Positions 35,752 through 45,263 of a stretch of DNA of 60,607 nucleotides are shown in pieces. This stretch comes from Candidatus Krumholzibacteriota bacterium (GTDB taxonomy: Bacteria > Krumholzibacteriota > Krumholzibacteriia > Krumholzibacteriales > Krumholzibacteriaceae): assembly GCA_030667985.1 (NCBI GenBank), contig DAOUUU010000004.1, positions 1-60,607 on the forward strand, read 5' to 3'. Below the pieces are notes generated by a model, which saw only the letters and a program-made list of their open reading frames with translations, ran no database searches and was not told the DNA's origin. How positions within the stretch are numbered: the stretch's first letter is position 1; the number at the start of each line of letters is the position of its first letter. Both the position numbers and the translations under genes were made by a program.

Positions 35752-37071
35752 TTGATACCGAGATATTCTCTACCCGACATATCGAAGATCTGGTCGGACA
35801 AGTACAAGTACGACCTGTGGCGTGACATAGAAGTGCTCTACTGCGAGGGATTGGCCGAGGTGGGCCTGATTCCAAAGAAGGCGGCGCGCGAGATCAAAAC
35901 GCGAGCGAGTTATAACCTGAAAAGTGTACAGAGGATAGAGAAGAGGACGCGCCACGACGTGATCGCCTTTCTCACCGACATGTCGAATCGTATAGGGCCC
36001 TCGGGCAGGTATCTCCATATGGGGATGACGAGCTCGGACCTGCTCGATACGACTCTTGCCTGCCAGATGAATGCGGCGGGCATGCTGATCCTCCGCAAGC
36101 TCAAGAAATTCCGGACCGTGCTGAAAAATCAGGCGAATCGCTACCGCTGGACTCCGATGGTCGGCCGTACGCACGGAGTGCATGCCGAGCCCATCACATT
36201 CGGGCTGAAACTCCTCGTCTGGTATGCGGAGACGGCGAGAAACGTCGAGAGGCTCGAGAGGGCCGTGGAGGAGATCTCAGTGGGAAAGATGACCGGTGCG
36301 GTGGGGACGATGACGCATGTCGATCACCGGGTCGAGCGGTACGTCATGATGAACCTCGGCCTCAAGACCGAATCGATCACGACGCAGATCATCCAGCGCG
36401 ACCGCCACGCTGCATTTCTTTCGACGCTGGCGCTCATCGGTTCTTCGCTTGATAAGATGGCGACCGAGATCAGGTCCCTGCAGCGCACCGAGGTGGACGA
36501 GGTGGAGGAACCCTTCACAAGGGGGCAGAAGGGTTCGAGCGCGATGCCGCACAAGAAGAATCCGATCCTCTGCGAGCGGGTGAGCGGTATGGCGAGGATC
36601 CTGAGGGGTAACGCTCAGGCCGCGTTCGAGAACATACCGTTGTGGCACGAGCGTGACATCAGCCATTCATCGGTCGAGCGGGTCATCATACCCGACTCGA
36701 CGATGATCCTAGCATATATGCTCGAGAAGTTCACCTGGGTAACGGCAAATCTCAAGGTCAACAAGAAGGCGATGATGGACAACCTGGAGAGAACGGGCGG
36801 TCTGGTCTACTCCCAGCACGTCCTATTGTTGCTGGTCGAGAAGGGCATGAAGCGTGAAGAGGCATACAAGATAGTGCAGTCGGCTGCCATGCAGAGCCTC
36901 AAGTCGAAAAAATCCTTCAAGGAGCTCGTGGCCTCTAACGCCAAGGTCAAGAAGATCTGCAAGGAAGAGGAGATTGATAGGGCATTCGATCTCCACTCTC
37001 ATCTAGAGCGGGTCGATTTTCTGTTCAGCAGGGTACTCTCCCGCCGGGGGAGGCCGAAGAAGGGGTCGTAG
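35752..37071 (+). CDS. purB: Adenylosuccinate lyase
   Basis: MIPRY, HDVIAF, GRTHGVHAEP, GSSAMPHKKNP and WHERDISHSS. Confidence 0.97.
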   Translation: MIPRYSLPDISKIWSDKYKYDLWRDIEVLYCEGLAEVGLIPKKAAREIKTRASYNLKSVQRIEKRTRHDVIAFLTDMSNRIGPSGRYLHMGMTSSDLLDTTLACQMNAAGMLILRKLKKFRTVLKNQANRYRWTPMVGRTHGVHAEPITFGLKLLVWYAETARNVERLERAVEEISVGKMTGAVGTMTHVDHRVERYVMMNLGLKTESITTQIIQRDRHAAFLSTLALIGSSLDKMATEIRSLQRTEVDEVEEPFTRGQKGSSAMPHKKNPILCERVSGMARILRGNAQAAFENIPLWHERDISHSSVERVIIPDSTMILAYMLEKFTWVTANLKVNKKAMMDNLERTGGLVYSQHVLLLLVEKGMKREEAYKIVQSAAMQSLKSKKSFKELVASNAKVKKICKEEEIDRAFDLHSHLERVDFLFSRVLSRRGRPKKGS

Positions 37072-37149
37072 GGAGGCCGGGCGAGGCGGATGGCCCGGTA
37101 TCGAAAACGCCGGGCGCACGATCGCTCGAGAAAGAAAGGACAGACACTC

Positions 37150-39525
37150 TTGGTCACAGGGACGATTCCGATTGTTGCCAGGGACGACGGGGAGATAAAG
37201 AAGACACTCTCGGAGAATGGGTTCAACCTGACCGTGACGGAAGCGCGGAGAGTCGCGGAACTGCTCGGCAGGGACCCGACGGTCGTCGAGATCACAATAT
37301 TCAACACGATGTGGAGCGAGCACTGCAGCTACAAAAGCAGCAGGAAGACGCTCGGCGAGATGTTGCCGACGAAGGCTCCCAACGTGGTGCTCGGTCCGGG
37401 CGAGGACGCCGGGATAATCCGGTTCGCAGAGGCGGAGGACGGAGACTGGTACTGTCTCGTTATCGCTCACGAGAGCCACAATCACCCCTCTCAGCTGCTT
37501 CCCTACGAGGGAGCGGCGACCGGCATAGGAGGCATCGTGAGGGATGTCTACTGCATGGGCGCCGATGTGGTCGGAGTCCTGGATCCTCTCCGCTTCGGGG
37601 ATCCGGCGGGACAGAAGGGGCGGCAGTCCATAGCGATCGCGCGGGGAGTCGTCGAGGGGATAGCCGGGTATGGTAATCCGCTCGGCGTGCCGAATCTGGG
37701 AGGGGATATCGTCTTCGATGCCGGTTACGACGAGAACTGCTTAGTTAATGTAGTGGCGGTCGGCATCGTCAAGGAATCGAGGATTCTCCGTTCCAGGGTG
37801 CCGGACGATGCCGCGCACAAACCCTACAAGATCATACTCGTCGGCAAGCCGACAGACGATTCCGGATTTGGAGGAGCCGCCTTCGCCAGCGAAGATCTCG
37901 CGAGCGAGGAGGAGGCCAACAGAGGCGCTGTACAAGTCCCCGATCCCTTTCTCAAGAGGGTGCTGGCCGAGGCGAACAAGAGGGTGTTCGAGCTGGCCGA
38001 ACGGCAGGGCTCGGCGATCGGATTCAAAGATCTCGGAGCGGGAGGGATCTCGTGCGCGACCAGTGAGATGGCGCACGCCGGTGGATTCGGTGTGACGATC
38101 CATCTCGACCGGGTCAACCTCGCCGTCGGACAATATCCACCCGCAGTGGTCTCATGCTCGGAGACCCAGGAACGGTATGCGCTCGCAGTGCCCCTGGAGA
38201 TGGTGGATGATGTGCTACAGATCTACAACGAGGATTTCGATCTGCCCCATATCTATCACGGAGCGGGAGCAGTAGTGATCGGCGATGTCCTCGAGGAGCC
38301 GGTCTACCGGATTGAAAGCGGTGATAGAGTGGTCTGCGAGGCTCCGATCGATGTTATCACGACCGGCATATCGTACGACAGGGCCAGGAAGCCGCGCCGC
38401 GGTAGATTCGAGGAGCCCGAGCTGGATGCTTCGCGCTCGCTGCACGACGATTTCCTCTCTGTCATCTCATCGCCCAACATCGCGTCGAAGAACTATGTTT
38501 TCAAACGCTACGATTCCGAGGTGCAGGGAAGGGCCGTGCTGAGACCGGGAGAGGCGGACGCGGGCGTCATAGCGCCTCTCGAGGGCCGCGACGTGGGGCT
38601 AGCCTTCTCCGTCGACGGCAATCCATTCTACGGGATCATCGATCCCTACCAGGGTGGAGCGCTGGCTGTCTGCGAGGCGGCACGCAACGTGGCCGCCGTT
38701 GGAGCGGTTCCATCGACGATCACCGATTGCCTCAACTACGGCAATCCGGAGATCGAGGAAGTCTTCTGGGAATTCAGCGAGGGTGTAAGGGGGATAGGCG
38801 ACGCCTGTAGGGGCATCGGACTCATCTCGCACGAGGGGAATCCCCTGCCGGTCGTCAGCGGCAATGTGAGTTTTTACAACCAGGGTGAGAGCGGCAAGGC
38901 GATTCCGCCTTCGCCCATCATCGCCTGTGTCGGCGTGGCCGAGGATTTCTCGCGGTGCAGATCGATCCAGTGGAAAGATGAGGGCGACGCCGTCTACTAC
39001 ATAGGTGAGCCTCTAGACGAGCTTGGCGGCAGCGAATATTATCGGGTGATCTATGGAACACTCGGGGCGAATGTGCCCGAGGCCGATTTCATCCGTGAGA
39101 AGAATCAGATAAAGACCGTTATAGAAATGCATTCTAATGGTTGGGTGAGGGCCTGCCACGATACGTCACAGGGAGGGCTTCTCACTGCTCTCGCGGAGAT
39201 GGCCATAGGGGGCCGTGGATCGGGCCGCCTGGGGCTAAAGGTGGATCTCGAGGAGTTCGCTGGAACCGGACTCGAACCGGAGAAGATACTCTTTTCCGAA
39301 ACGGGCGGATTCATCGTCGAGCTCCCGGCCGGGATAGAGCGTGATGTGCTCGCTCTCTGCGCGAGGAACCGTGTCAAGCTTTACAAGCTGGGTACACTGA
39401 CAGGCCGTTCGAAACTCGAGGTGCTGCTGAAAGGAGAACGTCTTGCGCACTGGCCCATAGACGAGCTCCGCGACGTATTCATGGATGGCTGCAGGGGAAT
39501 ATTCGGCCTCGAGAAGAAGAACTGA
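37150..39525 (+). CDS. purL: Phosphoribosylformylglycinamidine synthase subunit PurL (small type)
   Basis: WSEHCSYKSS, ESHNHPS, GAATGIGG, DLGAGG, SETQER and SGNVSFYN. Start is probably TTG 37150 after AAGGA; the ORF is open from 37090. Confidence 0.96.
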   Translation: MVTGTIPIVARDDGEIKKTLSENGFNLTVTEARRVAELLGRDPTVVEITIFNTMWSEHCSYKSSRKTLGEMLPTKAPNVVLGPGEDAGIIRFAEAEDGDWYCLVIAHESHNHPSQLLPYEGAATGIGGIVRDVYCMGADVVGVLDPLRFGDPAGQKGRQSIAIARGVVEGIAGYGNPLGVPNLGGDIVFDAGYDENCLVNVVAVGIVKESRILRSRVPDDAAHKPYKIILVGKPTDDSGFGGAAFASEDLASEEEANRGAVQVPDPFLKRVLAEANKRVFELAERQGSAIGFKDLGAGGISCATSEMAHAGGFGVTIHLDRVNLAVGQYPPAVVSCSETQERYALAVPLEMVDDVLQIYNEDFDLPHIYHGAGAVVIGDVLEEPVYRIESGDRVVCEAPIDVITTGISYDRARKPRRGRFEEPELDASRSLHDDFLSVISSPNIASKNYVFKRYDSEVQGRAVLRPGEADAGVIAPLEGRDVGLAFSVDGNPFYGIIDPYQGGALAVCEAARNVAAVGAVPSTITDCLNYGNPEIEEVFWEFSEGVRGIGDACRGIGLISHEGNPLPVVSGNVSFYNQGESGKAIPPSPIIACVGVAEDFSRCRSIQWKDEGDAVYYIGEPLDELGGSEYYRVIYGTLGANVPEADFIREKNQIKTVIEMHSNGWVRACHDTSQGGLLTALAEMAIGGRGSGRLGLKVDLEEFAGTGLEPEKILFSETGGFIVELPAGIERDVLALCARNRVKLYKLGTLTGRSKLEVLLKGERLAHWPIDELRDVFMDGCRGIFGLEKKN

Positions 39526-39585
39526 TACGATTCGTTCCGGGGATGCGCAGGCGCGCCCTGGGCCCGCTTCAGGAAAGGAGCATAC

Positions 39586-40416
39586 GTGCCGGAGACCTTT
39601 CAAGACAAGGTTGCGATCATTCAGTTTCCCGGCGTCAACTGCGAGTACGAGACTGCGCGGGCCGTCAGGATGGTCGGCCTCGAAGCTGAGCTGTTCAGGT
39701 GGAACGAGGACCCGCACATGCTCGACCACTGCTCTGCCGTGATCCTGCCTGGTGGATTTTCCTACCAGGACCGGATCAGGGCGGGCGTCGTCGCGGCCAA
39801 GGACAAGATCATGGGCAAGGTCAGCGAGCTCGCGCGCGAAGGGCGGCCGGTCCTAGGTATATGCAACGGAGCCCAGGTGCTGGTCGAATCGGGCCTGATC
39901 CCTGGTATACACTGGGAACGTGTGGATCTGGCGTTGGCCCCGAATATCATGGCGGATAGGGAAGGGTATTATTGCACATGGATCTACCTTCGCTGCGAGG
40001 AGAGCGGCTGTGTCTGGACGCGGGCGTTCAGAACCGGGGAGGTCGTGCCGATGCCCATCGCCCACGCGGAGGGACGGTTCGCCATCACCGACCGGGATGT
40101 TCTCGGGGAGATGGAGAAGCAGGGGCAGATAGCCTTGCGCTACTGCACACCGGCGGGGGAGATCGATGAACGGTTCCCCGTGAATCCGAACGGTTCAGTA
40201 TCCAACATCGCCGGCGTCTGCAACGCTGAAGGAAATGTGCTCGCGATGATGCCTCATCCCGAACGGGCGACCTGGCTGCGGCAGGTGCCGGAAGACCTCG
40301 GGGGGCCCTGGGGCGGAAAACGGACGAGTTCGTCGGGTGACAGGAATGGTCTAGAAGCAGAGGGGCCGGGGATGATGTTCTTCTCGTCGCTCGCCGCAAA
40401 GGAGGTCGATGAGTAA
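39586..40416 (+). CDS. purQ: FGAM synthase glutaminase subunit
   Basis: FPGVNC, PGGFSYQD, GICNG, AHAEG, NPNGS and MPHPER. Confidence 0.96.
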   Translation: MPETFQDKVAIIQFPGVNCEYETARAVRMVGLEAELFRWNEDPHMLDHCSAVILPGGFSYQDRIRAGVVAAKDKIMGKVSELAREGRPVLGICNGAQVLVESGLIPGIHWERVDLALAPNIMADREGYYCTWIYLRCEESGCVWTRAFRTGEVVPMPIAHAEGRFAITDRDVLGEMEKQGQIALRYCTPAGEIDERFPVNPNGSVSNIAGVCNAEGNVLAMMPHPERATWLRQVPEDLGGPWGGKRTSSSGDRNGLEAEGPGMMFFSSLAAKEVDE

Positions 40417-41000
40417 TGGCACGCTTTGATCTCTGGGTGAAGCTCAAGGTCATCGATCTCGTGGCTCAGACTGCCTGGATGACGCTGACCGAGAAACTCG
40501 GTCTCGAGGGAGAACTGCTCGGGCTCGCGCGCTATTCCTTCTGGAGGATGGAGATCGAAACGGATGACGGGCCGGCTGCTCTGGATGAGATCGATCGCGT
40601 AATCCGGCTGGACAGCGCCTTTACCAACCAGAACAAGCATCTCTACATGCTCAGGATGGATGAGGGCCCGGCCAGGGGCGACCTCCTGCTCGACAAGGAT
40701 TATCCTGTTCTCGTAGAGAATGGCGGCGGCAGGAGCGGTTTCGCGGTCGATTGCCTCGTGCGGGAGCTCGATACTGAGCGGGAGGAAGGCTATCGAAGCA
40801 GGCTGAACGCAAGACTGGAAAATATTCAGGTGAACGGACTCGCGGCCGGCGAGGTGTGGCGTATTCTCCTCGATGCCGGGAACGAGAAGGAAGCGGAGCA
40901 AAAGGTCGAGAGGATCGTCGTCACGACATCGAGACGGGAAGGACTGCTGCTCAATCCGCATTACCAGCGGCTCGAGATCCTGTCCATTGTCCCCATCTGA
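40416..41000 (+). CDS. purS: Tandem (duplicated) PurS-like protein
   Basis: Lies between purQ and purF; two halves of about 80 aa, each with PurS features (VKLK..D..AQT..LG...N.N; GEVW..L.A...AEQKVE...LLLNP). Confidence 0.7.
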   Translation: MARFDLWVKLKVIDLVAQTAWMTLTEKLGLEGELLGLARYSFWRMEIETDDGPAALDEIDRVIRLDSAFTNQNKHLYMLRMDEGPARGDLLLDKDYPVLVENGGGRSGFAVDCLVRELDTEREEGYRSRLNARLENIQVNGLAAGEVWRILLDAGNEKEAEQKVERIVVTTSRREGLLLNPHYQRLEILSIVPI

Positions 41001-41097
41001 TGGAGACGGCGCCCCGGTATGATTCTGAATGGGCGAATGAACGTTTTATGTAATTTGAAAGGATGTCTCCTGTATACAGGCGGCACGATGAAAGCTG

Positions 41098-42534
41098 GTG
41101 AGTAGCGTGAAGGAAGAGTGCGCCGTATTCGGTGTTTATGGCCATGAGGAAGCGGCCCAGATCACGTATCTCGGACTCTACTCGCTGCAGCACCGCGGAC
41201 AGGAGAGCAGCGGGATAGTCACGTCCGATGGAAAGAGGGTCTACGAGCACAAGGATCTCGGTCTCGTCTCGAAGGTCTTCAACGAACGGATCATCAAGCA
41301 CCTCAGTGGGCACATGGCGATCGGCCACAACAGGTATTCCACGACGGGACTCACTCGCCTGGAGAACGTCCAGCCGTTTCTCGTGAACTGCAAGATCGGA
41401 AAGATCGCGGTGGCTCACAACGGCAATCTCGTCAACGCGGTCGAGATCAGAAACGCAATGGAGAACGAGGGCTCGATCTTTCGAAGCACGATGGACAGCG
41501 AGATCATAGTCCACCTGATCGCCCGGAGCAAGGAGAAGAGACTCGAAGATATGATCGCCGAGGCGCTCAATTCCATAAAGGGTGCTTTCTCGCTCGTTTT
41601 CATGACCAAGAGCAAGATCATCGCCGCCCGCGACACCCGCGGTTTCAGACCCCTCTGCATAGGCAAGCTGGGCGACAGCTGGATCTTTTCCTCGGAGAGC
41701 TGCGCGTTCGATCTGATAGGCGCCACATATATTCGTGAGGTGGAACCGGGAGAGGTGTGTGTCATCGACGAGAACGGCCTGGAATCGATCCGGTTCGCCG
41801 AGCCGGAGGAACGGCTGCACAAGTGCATCTTCGAATTCATCTATTTTTCCAGGCCCGACAGCAAGGTCTTCGGCGAGAACGTGGACAAGGTGAGGCGCGA
41901 ACTGGGGAGAAGGCTTGCCGATGAATCGCCCACTGAAGCCGACTTCGTGATCTCGGTACCCGACTCGAGCAACACGATCGCCCTGGGGTATGCGGAGAGG
42001 TCGAAGCTGCCGTTCGAGCTGGGCTTGATAAGAAATCACTATGTCGGACGGACATTCATACAGCCGAGGCAGAAGAACAGAGACTGGGATGTAAGGATCA
42101 AGTTCAACCCGGTCAGGGGGGTCCTCAAGGGAAAGAGGATCGTTGTAGTGGACGATTCGATCGTCAGGGGCTCGACGATGAAGAAACTTGTCACGATGCT
42201 CCGGCAGGCGGGCACGGCCGAAGTCCACCTCAGGATCGGGTCTCCTCCGATAGAACATTCATGCTATTATGGAATAGATACACCGACACAGGGCGAGCTG
42301 ATAGCATCGACACATTCGGTGCAGAAGATCCAGGAGTTCCTCGGAGTAGACAGCCTTCGATACCTTTCTATCGAAGGCCTGCTCGCCTGCGTGAGCGATC
42401 CGGAGACCTTCTGCGTCTCGTGTTTCAGCGGCGCCTATCCCATCACGCGCCACGGCGAGTACGAGAAGGACGTATTCGAGGACACGAAAGTGTGCGGAGA
42501 GGGCCCGGAAGTCAAAGGGGAGATGGAGAGTTGA
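41098..42534 (+). CDS. purF: Amidophosphoribosyltransferase
   Basis: EECAVFG propeptide with N-terminal Cys, QHRGQES, HNRYST, HNGNL and VVDDSIVRGST. Confidence 0.97.
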   Translation: MSSVKEECAVFGVYGHEEAAQITYLGLYSLQHRGQESSGIVTSDGKRVYEHKDLGLVSKVFNERIIKHLSGHMAIGHNRYSTTGLTRLENVQPFLVNCKIGKIAVAHNGNLVNAVEIRNAMENEGSIFRSTMDSEIIVHLIARSKEKRLEDMIAEALNSIKGAFSLVFMTKSKIIAARDTRGFRPLCIGKLGDSWIFSSESCAFDLIGATYIREVEPGEVCVIDENGLESIRFAEPEERLHKCIFEFIYFSRPDSKVFGENVDKVRRELGRRLADESPTEADFVISVPDSSNTIALGYAERSKLPFELGLIRNHYVGRTFIQPRQKNRDWDVRIKFNPVRGVLKGKRIVVVDDSIVRGSTMKKLVTMLRQAGTAEVHLRIGSPPIEHSCYYGIDTPTQGELIASTHSVQKIQEFLGVDSLRYLSIEGLLACVSDPETFCVSCFSGAYPITRHGEYEKDVFEDTKVCGEGPEVKGEMES

Positions 42535-42618
42535 ACGGGCGCAGAGAAGAACATTGTGAAGGATCCCGGGCGACCGGCGGCGCCGGGAACCTCGCGAGGA
42601 TTACTAGTACGGAGAATA

Positions 42619-45243
42619 ATGAATCTTCAAAATATCTCCAGATATCACGGAATCCTGCCGTTTGTAGGGAAGCCATCCAGATACGTAGACAACGAGTTGA
42701 ACCTTTCGTCGCAGGGGTTCAAAGAGGAAAATTACAACGTTCTCCTCGTTTTTCCCGATGTCTATGAGATTGGAATGTCCCATCAGGGTATCCGTTTCCT
42801 CTACGACAGGCTTTCCCGCCTGAAGGGAGTCGGCGTGGAGTTTGCCTTCGCGCCTTGGTCCGATATGGAGGAATTGATGCGCGCGGGCGGCGAGGTGCTG
42901 CGCTCGTGGCAGACCGGGACCCCGGCGCACAGGTTCGATATGTTGGGCTTCAGTCTCACCTACGAGCTCCATTACACCAATGTGCTTCTGGCGCTCGATC
43001 TAGCGGGGCTCTCCCTCGAGGCCTCGAAGCGTAAGGAGAGCGATCCGCTCGTTGTCGCGGGAGGCCCCTGTTGTTCCAATCCGCTTCCGATCCTCAATGC
43101 GCTCGACGCAGTCTTTCTCGGCGACGGCGAGGAATCGCTGCCGGAGGCTGTTCGGGCTCTCATGGAGCTGGGGGGCGCCCGGGTGGAAAGAGCCCGGAGA
43201 AAAGAAGCGCTGGCCGCGATCGATGGCGTCTATGTTGAGGGAGTAACGTCAGCCGCTCGTTTTCGCGTCTACGATTTCCGGCAGGGCGATCTGCCTAGAT
43301 CTCCTATCGTCCCGTCTGCATCGATCATTCATGACAGGCTTACCGTGGAGATCATGCGCGGCTGCACACGCGGCTGCCGTTTTTGCCATGCCGGCTCGAT
43401 CTACCGCCCGCGCCGGGAACGGGATGTGGGGGAAATAGTCGATGCGGTCCGGAAAGGACTCGATCGGAGTGGATGGGGGGAGGTCTCCCTGCTTTCTCTC
43501 TCCTCGTCGGATTACTCCTGTCTCGACGAGCTATTCGAACACCTCATGCCGGAGCTACAGAAACGAAAGGCCTCTCTCGCGATGCCCAGCTTGCGGCCCG
43601 AGACGATCACCGAGAGCATCATCACGGCGTTGGGAAGTATAAGAAAATCTGGATTCACGCTGGCGCCGGAGGCGGGAACCGAACGTCTTCGGCGGGTGAT
43701 TAACAAGGGAATGACGGACGGTGAGATTCTGGAAGGGTGCAGGAGGGTGATCGATGGGGGATGGCAGAACATGAAACTCTACTTCATGATCGGTCTTCCC
43801 ACCGAGGAAGAGGAGGATCTGGACGGTATCGTCGATCTCGTCGAGAAAGTACTCGGGATGCCGGGAGGACGGTTCAAGCTAGGGATCTCGATATCGCCCT
43901 TTGTCCCAAAACCCCATACCCCATTCCAGTGGGAACGGCAATGCTCGATCGATGAGCTGAAACGGAAGGAGTCCTACCTCGCGAAGAGGATCAAGGGCCG
44001 AAGGGTGCAGCTCGGCCTTCGCGATCCCGAGATCAGTATCCTCGAGGGGATCCTCTCACGGGGCGACCGCAGGCTCTGGCCCGTTCTGCTTGCCGCATAC
44101 GGGAAGGGTTGCAGGTTCGACGGTTGGAGGGACCGGTTCAGGTTCGATCTCTGGAAAAGCGCGATCGATGAACTGGGTCTCGGCATCGATGAATTGACAG
44201 GCGGATTCGACACCGGCGAGCCGCTCCCATGGAGCGCCTTTGAATCGAGGGTAAAGAAAGGGTTTCTGCTGAGGCAGAGGGAGAAGGCCTTCGAGGGGGA
44301 ACTGACTCCCGATTGCAGGGAGGACGACTGCGCGGGGTGCGGCGCATGTTCGGGTGGAAGGGAGGGGATGGGAACCGATAATGCGGCCGCAGGAGGGCGC
44401 GGCCCGGCAGAGAATCGGTTCGAACTGAAACCGGAGATCGCATCCGGCGAGGACATGCCGATAAACCGGTACCGCATTCTCTACGAAAAGAGAGGGGCCG
44501 CGCGGTTCATCACGCATCTCGAGACGATCGGGGTTGTCCAGAGAGCCATTCGGAGGACCGGACTTCCACTGAGCTACACGAGGGGATTCCACCCTCATCC
44601 ACGCCTGTCGATGGGCCCGTCGCTGCCCGTCGGTTTCGAGGGGCTGGGTGAGTTCTTCGATATCGAGCTTACCAGGTCGGCCGATATCCCGGTGGATCTC
44701 TTCGATGGGCTTTTCCCCCGGGGATTCGGGATCCTCGGGACGACGGGACCCTGCACACGCCGTCAGGCGAAGCTGCCCGTCCAGGCGGTCTACAAGTACC
44801 ATCTGGGATTTCAATCTTTCACCGGTTTACTCTCCGGGCTGACGAGTAGAGAGGAAAAGTTGTCTGTTGAAGATGATTTGTGGTATCTTCTGCTCGATCG
44901 CGCCGGCGGAGCTGACTGGCGGGAGCTCGTAACCGAAGAGCTCGTCACAGAACCCGCCCGCTGGCTCGAGACACGGCTCGTCGAGCTGTTCCGTTCCGGT
45001 GGAAGCATCATCGATGTGAAGGGGAACAGCAGGTCTTGCCTGGGTTGTGCGGCCGGGCCGGCTGGCGACGCGCATACGCTGGAAATTTCGGTCCCGGCAG
45101 GACAGAGGGGAACTGTACGGCCCAGGGATATTGTCCGGGCCTATCTGCCCCATCCCCTGTCGGAACTGATCGAATATACTAGAACTGAGATATTGTACGA
45201 ACAGGAAGGAAAATGCCTCGGCCCGATCGATCTGATCGAGTAG
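42619..45243 (+). CDS. TIGR03960-like B12-binding radical SAM protein fused to TIGR03936/DUF2344 domain
   Basis: KPSRY, FPDVYEIGMS, RGCTRGCRFC, APEAG, KLYFMIGLP and PKPHTPFQW; C-terminal RFITHL...YTRGFHPHPR; start at MNLQ assumed. Confidence 0.92.
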   Translation: MNLQNISRYHGILPFVGKPSRYVDNELNLSSQGFKEENYNVLLVFPDVYEIGMSHQGIRFLYDRLSRLKGVGVEFAFAPWSDMEELMRAGGEVLRSWQTGTPAHRFDMLGFSLTYELHYTNVLLALDLAGLSLEASKRKESDPLVVAGGPCCSNPLPILNALDAVFLGDGEESLPEAVRALMELGGARVERARRKEALAAIDGVYVEGVTSAARFRVYDFRQGDLPRSPIVPSASIIHDRLTVEIMRGCTRGCRFCHAGSIYRPRRERDVGEIVDAVRKGLDRSGWGEVSLLSLSSSDYSCLDELFEHLMPELQKRKASLAMPSLRPETITESIITALGSIRKSGFTLAPEAGTERLRRVINKGMTDGEILEGCRRVIDGGWQNMKLYFMIGLPTEEEEDLDGIVDLVEKVLGMPGGRFKLGISISPFVPKPHTPFQWERQCSIDELKRKESYLAKRIKGRRVQLGLRDPEISILEGILSRGDRRLWPVLLAAYGKGCRFDGWRDRFRFDLWKSAIDELGLGIDELTGGFDTGEPLPWSAFESRVKKGFLLRQREKAFEGELTPDCREDDCAGCGACSGGREGMGTDNAAAGGRGPAENRFELKPEIASGEDMPINRYRILYEKRGAARFITHLETIGVVQRAIRRTGLPLSYTRGFHPHPRLSMGPSLPVGFEGLGEFFDIELTRSADIPVDLFDGLFPRGFGILGTTGPCTRRQAKLPVQAVYKYHLGFQSFTGLLSGLTSREEKLSVEDDLWYLLLDRAGGADWRELVTEELVTEPARWLETRLVELFRSGGSIIDVKGNSRSCLGCAAGPAGDAHTLEISVPAGQRGTVRPRDIVRAYLPHPLSELIEYTRTEILYEQEGKCLGPIDLIE

Positions 45244-45263
45244 GGGCAGCACAGGTCAGAAAT

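Noticed and set aside
37090-37149. Arg/Lys-rich N-terminal extension of PurL (MARYRKRRAHDRSRKK)
   Set aside because: More simply explained as untranslated sequence; an AAGGA SD supports the TTG start at 37150.
41081-41096. CGGCAC-GATGA-AAGCT sigma54-like motif before purF
   Set aside because: Poor -12 box, and it abuts the start codon, so the TSS would fall inside the CDS.
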